Source of the DNA: Marsupella aquatica
Lineage: Eukaryota; Plantae; Marchantiophyta
NCBI GenBank assembly: GCA_973895155.1
Contig: OZ316898.1
Span: forward strand, 5,133,079-5,197,078
Length of the DNA: 64,000 nucleotides
Reading direction: 5' to 3'
The translations under genes and the position numbers were made by a program. Of this stretch, positions 13,266 to 24,393 are shown one piece after another; position 1 is the first letter of the stretch; each line of letters opens with the position of its first letter. Below the pieces are notes generated by a model. The model made no database searches. It saw only the letters and a program-made list of their open reading frames with translations, and was not told the origin of the DNA.

Positions 13266-13850
13266 CTAATCACTGCAGACCGGAAGATAATGCGTTCACC
13301 TGATAATCGGAGGGCCCTTAAAATGCTGCGTTTATAACTTGGTCCAGTCCAGTCGTCTGGTGAGTCTCTGCTCCGATTCCAAACGGGAGAAATATTGGGA
13401 CAAACGTACTAGACACCTGCAAGCATGCACTTCATAGTTTGAATATGTGCCTTCACAATATTGAAGGTGACAAGTGCAATTGTTTTGTGATGCCACATAC
13501 AGATGTTTCGTATGGGGGCAGACATTCAATGAGAATACAAAATGTTGGTACACTTTAAGGGAATTCTCGCAAATTAAATAGCCTTGTAACTTATATGCTC
13601 ATAATGAGAAGTCCTGATTTAATTTAAGCAGTGTCATGTAAGTCGTGATCAAAATGATTGCAGAGTTAAAAAAGTTCCTAGAAGGCTTAAGGGGAGATTT
13701 TGAAGGCATGTACCCAGGAACAAGTAATGAACTTAGGGTACTTGTTGCCTAAGCATCCTCTCCTACAGAGGTCCTTCTTCTCAAAATTGGAATGTCTGCA
13801 ATCTCCAAGGTATCCACATCAGGTGCACTATGCATGTACATTATTCAGGT

Positions 13851-14531
13851 TCAAAGCCAAGAAATGTGATCTCTCATGGGAGTGTGCAAAGTAGGATCTA
13901 TGGCATGGCGATGACAATAGAAGATCCATCGATCAACACCATGTGCAGAGTGATCATAGATGTGTCTGTCACAAGCATAGCCTTCTGCTTGACGCTCCTT
14001 CAAACAATGAAAGTGCCACATGGTGGGACACCTAACACAGTGGACTATGTCCACCCAGAAATCTTCATCGTGCTGACCACATGCCTTGCACTTATGAAGT
14101 GGGCAAGTTGTGGCAAGATCGGGCAAACATGAAAAACAAAAGAACCTCACACAATATCTGTCAGGGCATTTCCTAACAAGTGGTGGAGCATCAACAGAGC
14201 CCTCATAAGACCCCAACTTCCCACACTGTGCACACTTAGCCTGCTTCTCCAAACAATCAGTGCACATCCAGCCTCCTTGGTGTGCTGACGGGAGGCCCAC
14301 CCCTGGACAGTTGTTTTCTGCAGCAAGGTCAGACTCCGGGTTGAGGTGGAAATGCCTCATGCAAGGGCCCTCACATATGGCTAAGTCACCACCATCGTCA
14401 CAAATGGCACAACAATGAGCTGCCTTCTGGAAAATCTGACTTGCGGAGAAGTTACTACCATCTGGCCCAACTACACCTGTGTTGCTCACCTCTGTCCCCC
14501 GCTTCTTGGCTCGGATTTTAGGGCGTGCCAT
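13851..14531 (-). CDS. EDM2-like composite PHD-finger protein (CACTA cargo), intronless, 226 aa
   Basis: CAICDDGGDLAICEGPCMRHFH...CGKLGS...TCPLHKCKAC...CVRCPTMWHFHCL...IFYCHRHAIDPTLHTPMRDHI parallels the Arabidopsis EDM2 PHD region as I recall it (CAICDNGG..CEG.CLRSFH...LGS...TCPLHKC..C...CRRCPKSYH..CL...IYC..H.ID..L.TP.RDH). Basic NLS-like N-terminus. Confidence 0.88.
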   Translation of the reverse strand: MARPKIRAKKRGTEVSNTGVVGPDGSNFSASQIFQKAAHCCAICDDGGDLAICEGPCMRHFHLNPESDLAAENNCPGVGLPSAHQGGWMCTDCLEKQAKCAQCGKLGSYEGSVDAPPLVRKCPDRYCVRFFCFSCLPDLATTCPLHKCKACGQHDEDFWVDIVHCVRCPTMWHFHCLKERQAEGYACDRHIYDHSAHGVDRWIFYCHRHAIDPTLHTPMRDHISWL

Positions 14532-15200
14532 GCCTACGCATGAGACAGATAGTACAATTTAGCAGAGTGCACAGACAATACAATTTAGTGCAGTGTACAA
14601 AAAGTACAGTGTAGCATATAGACTAGAGTGGCAATTGCTACTGCAATGAAATGTTCACACACATGTGCAGAGTAGACATACTTTTTGGTTTGTTGAGCCC
14701 ACACTAAAAACTGATCCCCTCGTACAATAGCTCCACCTACACCTCAATTTTGTGGCTATGATTCACCAAAGGAGATCTGCAACAAGATTTAATGCATTTG
14801 AATCACATATAACAGTCGTGACATGTAAAACAGGCATTTTTTGAACAGGATTGGTATCAAGCAGTGTGATCAGGGTTGTAATTTATACATCCTAAATAGG
14901 CTATGATAGTGAATGAGACAAATAAGTTAGGCATAAATCACTTTTTCCAGGTTATCACATGGCCCATTAATTCCAGTCTTTGAAAGGAGACTTTTAAGTG
15001 AGCTTGCTAGCCTCTTAAATTAGGATATTGTACTTAGTGCAGCCATAATAGGATAAGTTATGTACTGTTGACCCTAAACCCTGGACCCAAAATTGGTCAT
15101 AATTCAAAATCTTAAGTAAATATCCTCTCTGTTCAAGTCAAAGTGTTAAGTTATAGGTCAATGGTCTCTGGTTTGTGCATGCGGTGTGACAAGTGGTCCT

Positions 15201-15650
15201 CTAGAGCGTGTGATCCAAACATGTGTAGACACCAAAGTGACCGGTGGTGGGGTCTGGGAGGGCAGGACAAGTGACATTGCCAGGCACACTGCAGGATGGC
15301 GAGTGGTTCCAGATGATACATTGTGCTCTGTGAAAAAACCGACATCCAAGAGAACGGTCATCCAACTCTAGGCCAGAAGCCCTACAGGCAGGACAGTCAT
15401 ATTGGCAACTGTGCACACACCCTTGGGCCCTAATTTGTGGCGGGTCATGTACAAGAGACAGAAATACCAAGGATGTTGGGAAGGGTGGAGAAGCAGGTAC
15501 AGGCCGACTGTAGTTGTTCCTGGCAACAACTGGGTACTCAAAGTACCATGCAGACTGGGCTGGAAGGATCCCAAGTCTGACATACTCAAGGCGCAACATC
15601 TCTGCCTTGCGTGCAAGCCGCACATGTTCAGCGTTGCGGGTCCTCACCAT
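15201..15650 (-). CDS. Cys/His-rich hypothetical protein (possible fourth CACTA cargo gene)
   Basis: 149-aa ATG-initiated ORF on the same strand as the other cargo genes, with CxxxCxxxCxxC and further Cys/His. No family recognised. Confidence 0.35.
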   Translation of the reverse strand: MVRTRNAEHVRLARKAEMLRLEYVRLGILPAQSAWYFEYPVVARNNYSRPVPASPPFPTSLVFLSLVHDPPQIRAQGCVHSCQYDCPACRASGLELDDRSLGCRFFHRAQCIIWNHSPSCSVPGNVTCPALPDPTTGHFGVYTCLDHTL

Positions 15651-18600
15651 AAGTGTTGCTTTTGTGGAGATGTCGTGTGTTCACGTCCTCTGATAAGCAC
15701 CTTCGATCAGCAAGGTGAGCAGGAGCTGTACTTGCCTCACCAACAGCAACCAACCTTAAATTATCAGTTCCCACTCACTGTGTCATTCCATTGGTTCCAG
15801 CTAGGGGTCACAGTGTAAACATAGCATGAAACACTCCTAATCAACTTGCTTACAAACTACAATATCCAGAAAGAGTGAAAGTCTCACCCTCCAGTGAGCA
15901 GCAGAGAGGTAGTTCACTAGATGTGTTGATGTGCAGTTAAACCTCCACTATTGCTTACTTCTGGTGTATGCTGCTCAGAAGAAGACATATTAGTAGCAGC
16001 AAATTGCAAATAATGGCCATAAGCAAACCGTGAGAGTTTGCAGAATGCTACGACAAATCCATCACAGCAGTGCTCCACAGGAATGAAACCAAGCAAAATT
16101 TGGTGACCTCGGCCAATGACAAGGCCAATGTAGTGAACAATCCTTGACCGATCAGGATATGGATTGGAATTACAATTAGTCAGCTCTTCTTCTTTGTTTT
16201 CTAACTCTGGGGGAAATGAGCATGACCAGGGAATTCTCTGAGAAATAGAAGTGCACAGGGAAAATGAAATTGGCTCATTCAGCTCTGCAAGATGGACCAT
16301 TGCAGCATACTTGGACAGTTGTTCCGCAATACATAAAATACCCTGACTTACATGCAATTGATACAATCTGCTTCTGTTGGCTGTCCTACAGCTCATGGCA
16401 GTGCCGTTGGGACAGGGTAAGTGAATATTGCCATAGCTGAAGCACATTGAGCTTGCAGCAACAAGTGAAGGAGCATGGCCAAAAGCAGAAAAGACAGACA
16501 GGTTTTACAAGAAGAAACTAACAACCGCCAATCTGCTCAAATCCGCTGCATAGATCAAACCCTCCGAACTACACAGCCCTCCTTTGAAAACAATCCAATG
16601 TGCTTTGGCTGGTGGATGACAAGGACTGGGAGAAGAGGAAACGTCTGCACAATCAATCCAAATGACGGTACATAGAGACCAGGCACAGAGAGGATTTGTG
16701 CTTAGACAAAAACCACAAATTGTAGCATGGGCGCCATAGCATTCTAGACAAAGCACAAAACATAGAATCTATGAATCTATGACTCATGGACTAACAAAAT
16801 GATTGGGTAGCATGGCAAAAGGAAAGACAAATTTCAAAATGACAACATGGCCCGTTTCCACCATTCATTTGACGTTGCTAGGTGTCCGTAAGATGACTGA
16901 CCCACAAACAATCCCGACAACCTCATCCGACAGACTGCTTTTCTAGTGTGAAGAAATACATGATTACAAGCAACACCACGCCTCATCCAAGCAGGGAATT
17001 GAAAACATAACCATGTCATTCCTATATTGGACAGTGTCCTCTGCCATTGCACTGCATAGTTGTTATTCCATGTTGGTTGTCAACAGTTTGTTGGCTTGCC
17101 ACAACCTAGATAGAACAATAAAATATTGTACATGAATACAACAAGAAAAATCTGCATACAGCGATGGCCCGGTCACTTGAGGAAAAAACAAAACTAAGAA
17201 GGCAGGCACACGGGCAACCGAGAAAAAAAGCTAGTGGCGCCTCGCGGAGAATCCAGAATGGTAATGCCCTCGCCCAGAAGCTTGGGAAACAAAAGAGAAA
17301 AAAGCAAAAACGAGCTACCGACCACCGTCTTGACCAGGCCTGCCACAAGGTATGGCTGGAGGCTGTGGTCCCCCCCTCAGTAAAGAAAAGGATGCAGGTT
17401 GGAGCACGGGGCACAAGGCATGTTTGGATCCAGGAGGAGCAAAACAGTAATGTCAAGCAGGAAGTGTGGAGAGACCAATCAGTAAACAAAAATAGGGGAG
17501 AACAAACATACATCAGCAGCAACAGGAAACGAGAAAGTTGATTTAGGAGGGATTGTAGGGAGAGAGCTTTTGGTGGGCTCGGCTGTGCGTGAAATATCGG
17601 GAGATAGATGCGCGAGAGAGTGAGGAGGGTGGCAAGCGGAAGACGGGTTGGGACTGGACCCTTGGTGCCGGTGGGTAATATATGGGGTTTCAGCAGACTT
17701 GGGGCCAGTTTGAGGAGGATTGAGAAGCGCGCACCCCACGTTCTTGGGTGGTGGTTGGGTGGGGTTTTGTTTGATTGAAGAAGAAATCACCATTCTCTTC
17801 TAGAAGAAAGAAAATCACAGGAAATAGTGGACGGGAGAACAAGGCATGTAATAGAGAACAACAAGGCATGTAATAGAGACAGTGCGCAGCTCAGCTCCGA
17901 GGTCACACTTTACGATGCACAGGGGGTCCTTGGTTGCACGTAGGAGAAGGACTGAATCACTGTGGCTGCTCTTCTCTACTATCGAAGCACCCGGCTGGCA
18001 GCTCCGCAAACACTGATCGTAGCTACAATCTCTACACCGTTGATTGAAGAGCAGCTGCAGCACAGTAAGGAGCTCCCACAGCCTCCCTCTTCAAAGCTCG
18101 GTTGACCTAGCTCTACGATCGACGGAGCATGGGCGCCAGACAAAGCACAAACTGTACCATGGAGCTGGAGAAAAACACAGAGTAATTGAAGCCTAACAAT
18201 ACCCTTCTCAGCTCCTGATTGAATGAGGAAAAACACATTACAAGACACATTGCAGGCAATAGGATTTTAACAATGAAGTCTCGCCTGTGCTGACAGAATA
18301 CCTGCTTACAGCCACGCGTTGCTCATCCTCCCACAGTTCGGTGGCACACTATCCAGATGGCATGACGCATGCCTTAACTTATGACGATTTGCGCAGCTCA
18401 AATCAAGTAGGTTGTCCCCACAAAAAGACAGAGGACAACAAAGAAAAGCAATGTAGCCGTGATGTCTTACCAGCCCTGACAATGGGAGCTTCAAAGGCGG
18501 TGCACTATGGCTGAAATGGCAGCACGCTGCTCGAACACTAAAGCAACACAAAACTTGGACTCTCACCTTATGCAACTCCTGGCTTGTATTCAGCTGGCGT

Positions 18601-18969
18601 TGGCCCACTCTAAGCTCCTGCGCCGCTCCGACTGCTAGTCGTTCTGTAGACGGTCTGTATCCTCCCTGACTGCAGCTCCTCCCCGCCCCCAGCTCGTCAC
18701 CCGCGTCTTCTCCCCAATTTGTGGTGAGCTCCTCCTCGACCACAGCACCCTAAACTGCTTTGCCCAGCCTCTGATGGCCTTCACGTTGTTACCGATTGTC
18801 GCTCCCCACAAAGTCCACAATCCATAAACCAGGCAGATAGTGCGCCCGTAGAACAGATGCAACCCGCATGCAGCTTCACCAGCTCAATGGCAGCTCAACA
18901 GCTTAAGGGTGCAGCAAAAGGGCGTTGAATAGGTTGTCTCACCTCACCCTTCGAGAGCCGGTCATTGCA

Positions 18970-20250
18970 GCATCCCTAAACTCCCGATCCCTCTTCTCGG
19001 ATTCCACAGAGCCGACCACAAGAAAATGGGAACACTAAACCTCACTGTAGAGACGTTCCCACCAAGATTACACGGAAAACCTTGCTCCGATCCCTAAGCT
19101 CCCAATCCCATCGAGAGAACACGATAAAACCTTGCTCCAATCCCTAAACTCCCGATCCCACCAAGAGAACACAATAAACCTTGCTCCGCAAGTTGGGAAT
19201 GTGGCGGGATCCCTAAACACATCAACAACCTGCTAAGTGTAAGCAAAGTTGCATAACCGGCTTGTTCCCTTCCAACGGTCGCGCGACTCGGGTGTCCAAA
19301 CGGTACTGCAAGCGGTACAGGCCCCTAGCTTGGGATACCCTTACCAAAGTCACTGGTGTTGCCGACATGGTAACGGCAAGATTATCCTGACCCTCCATAA
19401 ACCCCCTCCATTCACTCAAGTGTTGTGAGTGACAACTTAGTGTAGTGTCGCTAAACAAATACTTTGGCCTTAGCAAATATCTGTGGTGATCGAACTTCAT
19501 TAAACCAAACCTCTTTTGGTCACAAATAAGGCCATTTAATGAGTGATGCCCCTTGTCATCACCCTCTTAATTTATGCAATTACCCTTCCTGAACACAATT
19601 GAACATTGTCCAAATTGCCTACCCTCATGAATAATTTGTCAATTATCTTTCCCGACATATATGATGTCAATGGACATGATGGGGAACATGATGTCAATGG
19701 ACATGATGCCAACGATCCAATGGTTCCTAAACCCCCATCCCCTTAACATGCAACCCCCGACCCTTGACATCAAACCCCCCTAAACCCCCTTTAGTGAAAA
19801 CCCAGCCACCCCCTAGCCTTGACATATAAACCCCCTAAACGTCTTCACAACTCGACTGTGGCCAGACTATCTTTGCAATGCCAAGGGCCATTTTTAGAGT
19901 GCATGCCGCTTGCAAGCTCAGGCTCTCAAGATCCTCCCAAGGCAGCAAACAAGTTAGGGTCCCTAAACATGTTCCTTTACCCTAAACCATTGCGTCACTA
20001 TTTCAATCGAGTGTTCTTTTCCTGGACAACCCCCTAACCCTAAACCCACACCCCCTTGAGACCGGTACAAATCTACCTTTGTGCATCTTGGCCTTTTATT
20101 GATGGAGTTAGTAATCGATCCCTCCGTAGTCCACCCTCCATGAACCTCACTCCAAAACCTTTTTTGTCACAAATAAGGCCATTTATTGAGTTATGCCCCT
20201 TGCTATCTCCCTCTTTACAGAATTACCCCTCCTCAACATAAGTGAACATT
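18970..20250. repeat. Internal repeats in the CACTA right arm: about 52-bp AAACCTTGCTCC..TCCCTAA units (19075-19190) and a diverged ~130-bp duplication (about 19490-19610 vs 20140-20250)
   Basis: Direct sequence comparison; TCACAAATAAGGCCATTT occurs twice. Confidence 0.7.
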
Positions 20251-21741
20251 ACCCATGATGTGCTAGACTATTCACCGTTCACAAAGTAGCAAGGTTACTT
20301 CTCATAGTCTTTTAGTGAACCATAAAACACTAATAGTCTTTTGTAGTCTTCAACAAAACTGGTGCAATGGGTGCGAGTCGTTTCAAGTATGGAAAAAGGA
20401 CTTAGTGGGCTTAGTCCTATAAGGTATGGTCTAAATTGCCCCGGTTTCTACTAGTGTGTTAGCGGGGGCAATGGAGTCCATTAACTCGATGTTAAACGCC
20501 CAGTTTGACTTGCGATTAACGGACGTCTAACTGCCTTCTTCGCAGTATCTCCCGCTTAAACGATCAACCGACCTTCTAGCGGGGTACTCCCCTCTTCCTC
20601 TATATAGTCCCCGTAAGTGAATCCTACCAAGTGCTCTATAATGTCTAACTCTTTCTTCCACCTCTTGGGCACGACTGCTTCAGTCAACACCAGACCCTCC
20701 CTGTAGATGATCTCGATAAACCCACACCAGTAGCGGTAAGTAATTAAACAGATGGGAATACTCTCCTGGCGTAACGCTCGGGTAATCAGGTGGGAACCGA
20801 TGGAACAGATCCACAATTCCAGTGGTCTTAACTTAATCAAGGAGCAAGGCTTGTCCACCTTACTGTCTACATTCATGGTTGTTATAGTAGCAGTGACCGG
20901 GTTAGGTCCTGCTATCCCTCAATCGGCCTTCCTGGCAATCGATCTGTCTTTGGCTAAATCAAGCAATTTAAATAGAGGTATCCGTAGTAGGACCCCCAAT
21001 TTAACGGTTGACCCTGTATGTTGAAGGTGTACGACGACCAAGGTCACGTCCTGGATACACACAATCTCCAACCAGACCTTGCTTCCCACGAGCTGTCTGT
21101 TAAATCGCTACCTTAACGTGCTAAACCGTAAGGTCCTCACTCGTAGTGAGACGATTTCCATTCATCCCAGCGATTTATGATTAATCGACTTAACACATGT
21201 TCCTAACGAGTACTTTGCGCAAACTCCCATAACCGCACTCCTCGACTCTCAGTATTAATCATGAATGCCTCTCCTTCTTCGAATGACTTTCAAAGTTACT
21301 GCTTCTTCTGACTTGATTCACAACATTCTTCCAACGTTGACTCTGGACTCTTACTCACCGCTCAAGCACAAGGTAACGAAGTTCCTCTGCACTCTATTGC
21401 ATTCATACACATCTCTTTATAATCAAAAACTACTCAAAACAAGTAGGGACACTAATACAAAACGCTGGTAATCTTGAGGTGAGTCCGGCTCTACCTCTCA
21501 ACCAAGCTCCTAGCAAAAAGTGACAAAGCGCCTAGCGCTCCACAGCCTCTAAATACCTATGCCTTGCGTCCGTCTTTGCTGAGGTTTCTAACTACTTTCT
21601 GGGGTGCGCCGACTTCAGTTGGATGGTTCGCCCTTCAGCCGCGGTCTCCTGCGCTAATCTGCCAAGAAACTCTAACTGTCTCTTGCCAAGAACGATGAGC
21701 GAGCCAAGAACCGTGTTTACATGTCAAGAAGATTCCCGTGG

Positions 21742-22350
21742 TTACTGAACTGTGCAACGACGCCTTTGATTCTCTTCTTTGATGGCGCCTGAACTGGAAG
21801 CTTCCGGACTTTTGATCGCCAATTTTGCTAAGTGTGAAACGACATTTAGGTTATCGTTCCCTTCCTTAGCGGTAGTCGCTTTGTTGGCGATGATTACTTG
21901 ACCGGCGGTGATTAATCGCCATGCAATCTGTTGATCGCGGTTGTTATCCCGCCTTAGTACCAGATTCCACTTCTTTCGCATGACATTTCTGCAGAATTCC
22001 TCAATGGCCCCGCTGGTCGTGAATCGCTGACGAAACTCTTTGCCCTTCATTCCAAACAATTGTTGCCCGGCCTCATCCCAGACACGACAGCTCCCTTCTT
22101 TCACCCGAATGGTGAACATAAACATAAGCACTCCTTCGCCTAGCGGTTTACACCTATGCCCTACTCGATTTCGGCTAATAGGGGTTCCCATGTCGGTCCC
22201 CTCTTGTCTTTTCTGTCGAGCCCTTGTGCCTAAGGCACAGACCTTGCCATCTGCTAGAAAGCCATCGCAACCTTCATAACAGAACTCTACTCCTATCCGG
22301 CCACTAATCGCGATGATCTACGCCTCTCCTAATTCTAGCCTTTCCGCCAT
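21742..22350 (-). pseudogene. RPA70 C-terminal-like zinc OB-fold ORF, one in-frame stop
   Basis: Extending ORF 21742-22191 upstream gives MAERLELGEA*IIAISGRIGVEFCYEGCDG...KVC...HRC...LMFMFTIRV...VWDEAGQQLFGMKGKEF, which matches the Rep_fac-A_C pattern (FxYxxC...C...YxLxxxI...FxExAxxLFG). Confidence 0.65.
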
Positions 22351-22479
22351 TCTAACAGGATGCAATGAACTGCTACCGGTCCTTGCATGCTGCTCCCTAA
22401 ATACCCTGGATTAACTTATGGCTGACGCTTCTAAGACTAAAGGACTATGATTTAACTGGTATAATGTTACCGTTTACAT

Positions 22480-22690
22480 ACCGCCTCTTGTCGGGCCGCC
22501 TCTTGTCGGACGCCTCCTCTCTGGCCTCCTCCTGTCGGGCCGCCTCCTTCTTTTGAAGCTCCTCTTGCCGGGCCGCCTCCTGCCGGGACGCCTCCTCTCT
22601 AGCTGCCTCCTGCCGGGCCGCCTCCTGCCAGACCACCTCCTGCCGGGCCACCTCCAGCCGGGCCTCCTCCTGCCGGGCCTCCTCCTTGAG
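22480..22690 (-). repeat. 15-bp tandem repeat (GCCTCCTGCCGGGCC-like), reads QEAAR or GGGPA
   Basis: About 13 degenerate 15-bp units starting where gag similarity stops. Confidence 0.85.
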
Positions 22691-23117
22691 TAACCCGATC
22701 TGGATCTTCAAGCTGAAATTCTTCTTTCATCTTCAACTCAAAGACCTTCCATGCTTTCTCCCCAGTAGCTCCATCTATCAAGGTAGTAACAATTCCCTTG
22801 AGTTCAGGTTCTACTAAAGATACAAACTCCTTGACTGCAACTTCTGCATCAATCTTATGAATTGTAGCCTCCGTCCAGTACCCCTTGAGATACTTGGTTA
22901 CATTTCGCCCATCAAATTCTCCTTGCTTGGTAAAAACCGAGTGTAGGTACTTCGTGGTCCTACCAAGCAACTCCTTCTTCTTGTTCTCCTCCATCTCTTT
23001 CTCCTTCATTCCATGTAAGTAAGCAGCAATCAAGGATGAAAACCTCTCCATGTCAGTTGGATTCATCTCAGTTCCCATGATTGCAATTCTTCCCTCTTGA
23101 CTTAATAATATAAACAA
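22690..23117 (-). pseudogene. Truncated gag N-terminus
   Basis: GEFDGRNVTKYL...F.SLVEPEL...W..FE..MKEEFQLED.DRVT resembles gag N-termini of gypsy elements from non-seed plants. It lies directly downstream of the PBS. Confidence 0.7.
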
Positions 23118-23201
23118 GTTAAGAACTCAAAGTTCCAAAACCATATCTCTCTCCATCCATTAGAACTCAAACATGCACAAGCTAACTTCCAAATTCAGCG
23201 G

Positions 23202-23220
23202 TTCCCCAGTATGGTCGCCA
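23202..23220 (-). promoter_or_regulatory. Primer binding site, tRNA-Arg type
   Basis: The minus strand reads ...GGACA-TAAG-TGGCGACCATACTGGGGAA, similar to the Ogre/Tat Arg PBS TGGCGAC(T/C)..CTGGGGA. Confidence 0.75.
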
Positions 23221-23224
23221 CTTA

Positions 23225-24393
23225 TGTCCGGGTGACCGTGTTTTCTGGCAAGAGCATGTTGGCTCTTATGAAGTTAACCTTGCATGCTCATAAGTTCTAC
23301 ACTAAAATCAAAATGATAATTCTAGTAACAAGGGTAGTGGGTATTAAGAAAGGTTCAGGTGAAACTAAAATACTGTTAAACCCTATTTCACCATACTTGC
23401 GGACCAACACATCACGAAAATTAGTTTTCTTACGACATATGATCCTAATATCTCCAAGAGAAAATGAAACAGGAATATCATCCGGACTCCTATTCAGATC
23501 CATGACTTCAATAAAGGACAAAGATGATGCACTCCCACTCCTCTCGGTACGACACCACTGGGTATATTATTGGCTCGTTAGAAACCATAACAGCAGTTGC
23601 AAACTGAGCTCCCGACTTAGATGTTGCCTCATAGATGGTTTGTCTAAAAGATGGATTCTAATCAAAAACGGATTACGAAGGGGAAGATTAGGGATAACTC
23701 TCTCTCCTGGATTCATGATGGCTCTCCTATTCCTTTGCTATCCGGGCCAAAGGACGCCCCACCCCTACATTCCCAAAGAAACCTTATTCCCTAAGGTTCC
23801 ATCTATAAGTCTACCACTCATTCCTTTGCTATCCGGGCCAAAAGACGCCCCACTACTATGTTCAAGGCACAAAAGAGCTTCACAACCTTGAATGATAAAC
23901 ACTGCGGAATGAGGGGAGAGTGCCCCTCATCACTTTATTTATAGTGCACACCAAGAGGGCATGGATCAAGCCTAAGCACTTGAATGAAGGCCAAGTGTCA
24001 AACATCTAATACCTAAGAGTGTGCTAGTACTGTTCATAGTTGGTGAAACTACTTTTTGTAGGTGGAACTACCATGCGTTGGTGGAACTATTGTGCGTTGG
24101 TGGAACTACTATGCGTTGGTAGAACTACTGTGCGTTGGTAAAACTACTGTAGTTGGTAGAACTACTATACGCTGGTGGACCTACTGTGCGTTGGTAGAAC
24201 TACTGTGCGTCGGTGAATATTATTGTAGTTGGTGGAACTACTCATATGCATTGGTGGAACTACTATAGTCCGTTAATATAGCTAAAAAAGTTTAATAAAG
24301 TCTAAATTTAATAATCTAACTACTAAATTACTTATATAATCTATAGCATATTAAAACAAACAATTTTTTATAACTTAAGAGAAAATCACGACA
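23225..24393 (-). repeat. 5' LTR (about 1.17 kb) of the minus-strand element, with TATAAATA near 23936-23943 and a 19-bp tandem repeat (GTTGGTGGAACTACTGTGC) at 24040-24265
   Basis: TGTC...GACA termini, adjacent PBS, minus-strand TATA box and a sharp junction with the tandem array. Confidence 0.7.

Larger units (their letters stand above)
3399..20456 (-). mobile_element. Full-length CACTA (En/Spm) DNA transposon, 17,058 bp
   Basis: Perfect 18-bp TIR CACTAGTAGAAACCGGGG at 3399 and its reverse complement ending at 20456, with further ATTTAGACC similarity. 3-bp TSD TGT at 3396-3398 and 20457-20459. Contains TnpD- and TnpA-like genes. Confidence 0.97.
1..24393 (-). mobile_element. LTR retrotransposon (Ty3/gypsy-like, probably non-autonomous), right part only; interrupted by the CACTA at 3399-20456
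   Basis: LTR at 23225-24393 with TGTC...GACA ends, Arg-type PBS next to it and a gag N-terminus at 23117-22690. Its outer end cuts the 189-bp tandem array mid-unit. The other LTR is outside the window. Assigning 1-22690 to this element is inference. Confidence 0.65.

Noticed and set aside
15917-19500. Several short ORFs in the CACTA right arm
   Set aside because: No recognisable domains and inconsistent strands. Probably leader or promoter sequence.
22599-22690. GGGPA glycine-rich protein tail
   Set aside because: It is a translation of a 15-bp tandem repeat, which is also open in another frame (QEAAR).
23202-23220. tRNA gene
   Set aside because: Only about 19 nt match a tRNA 3' end including CCA. 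This is a PBS.
23211-23891. 226-aa plus-strand ORF in the minus-strand LTR
   Set aside because: No recognisable motif and no second copy to test. Treated as a chance ORF.
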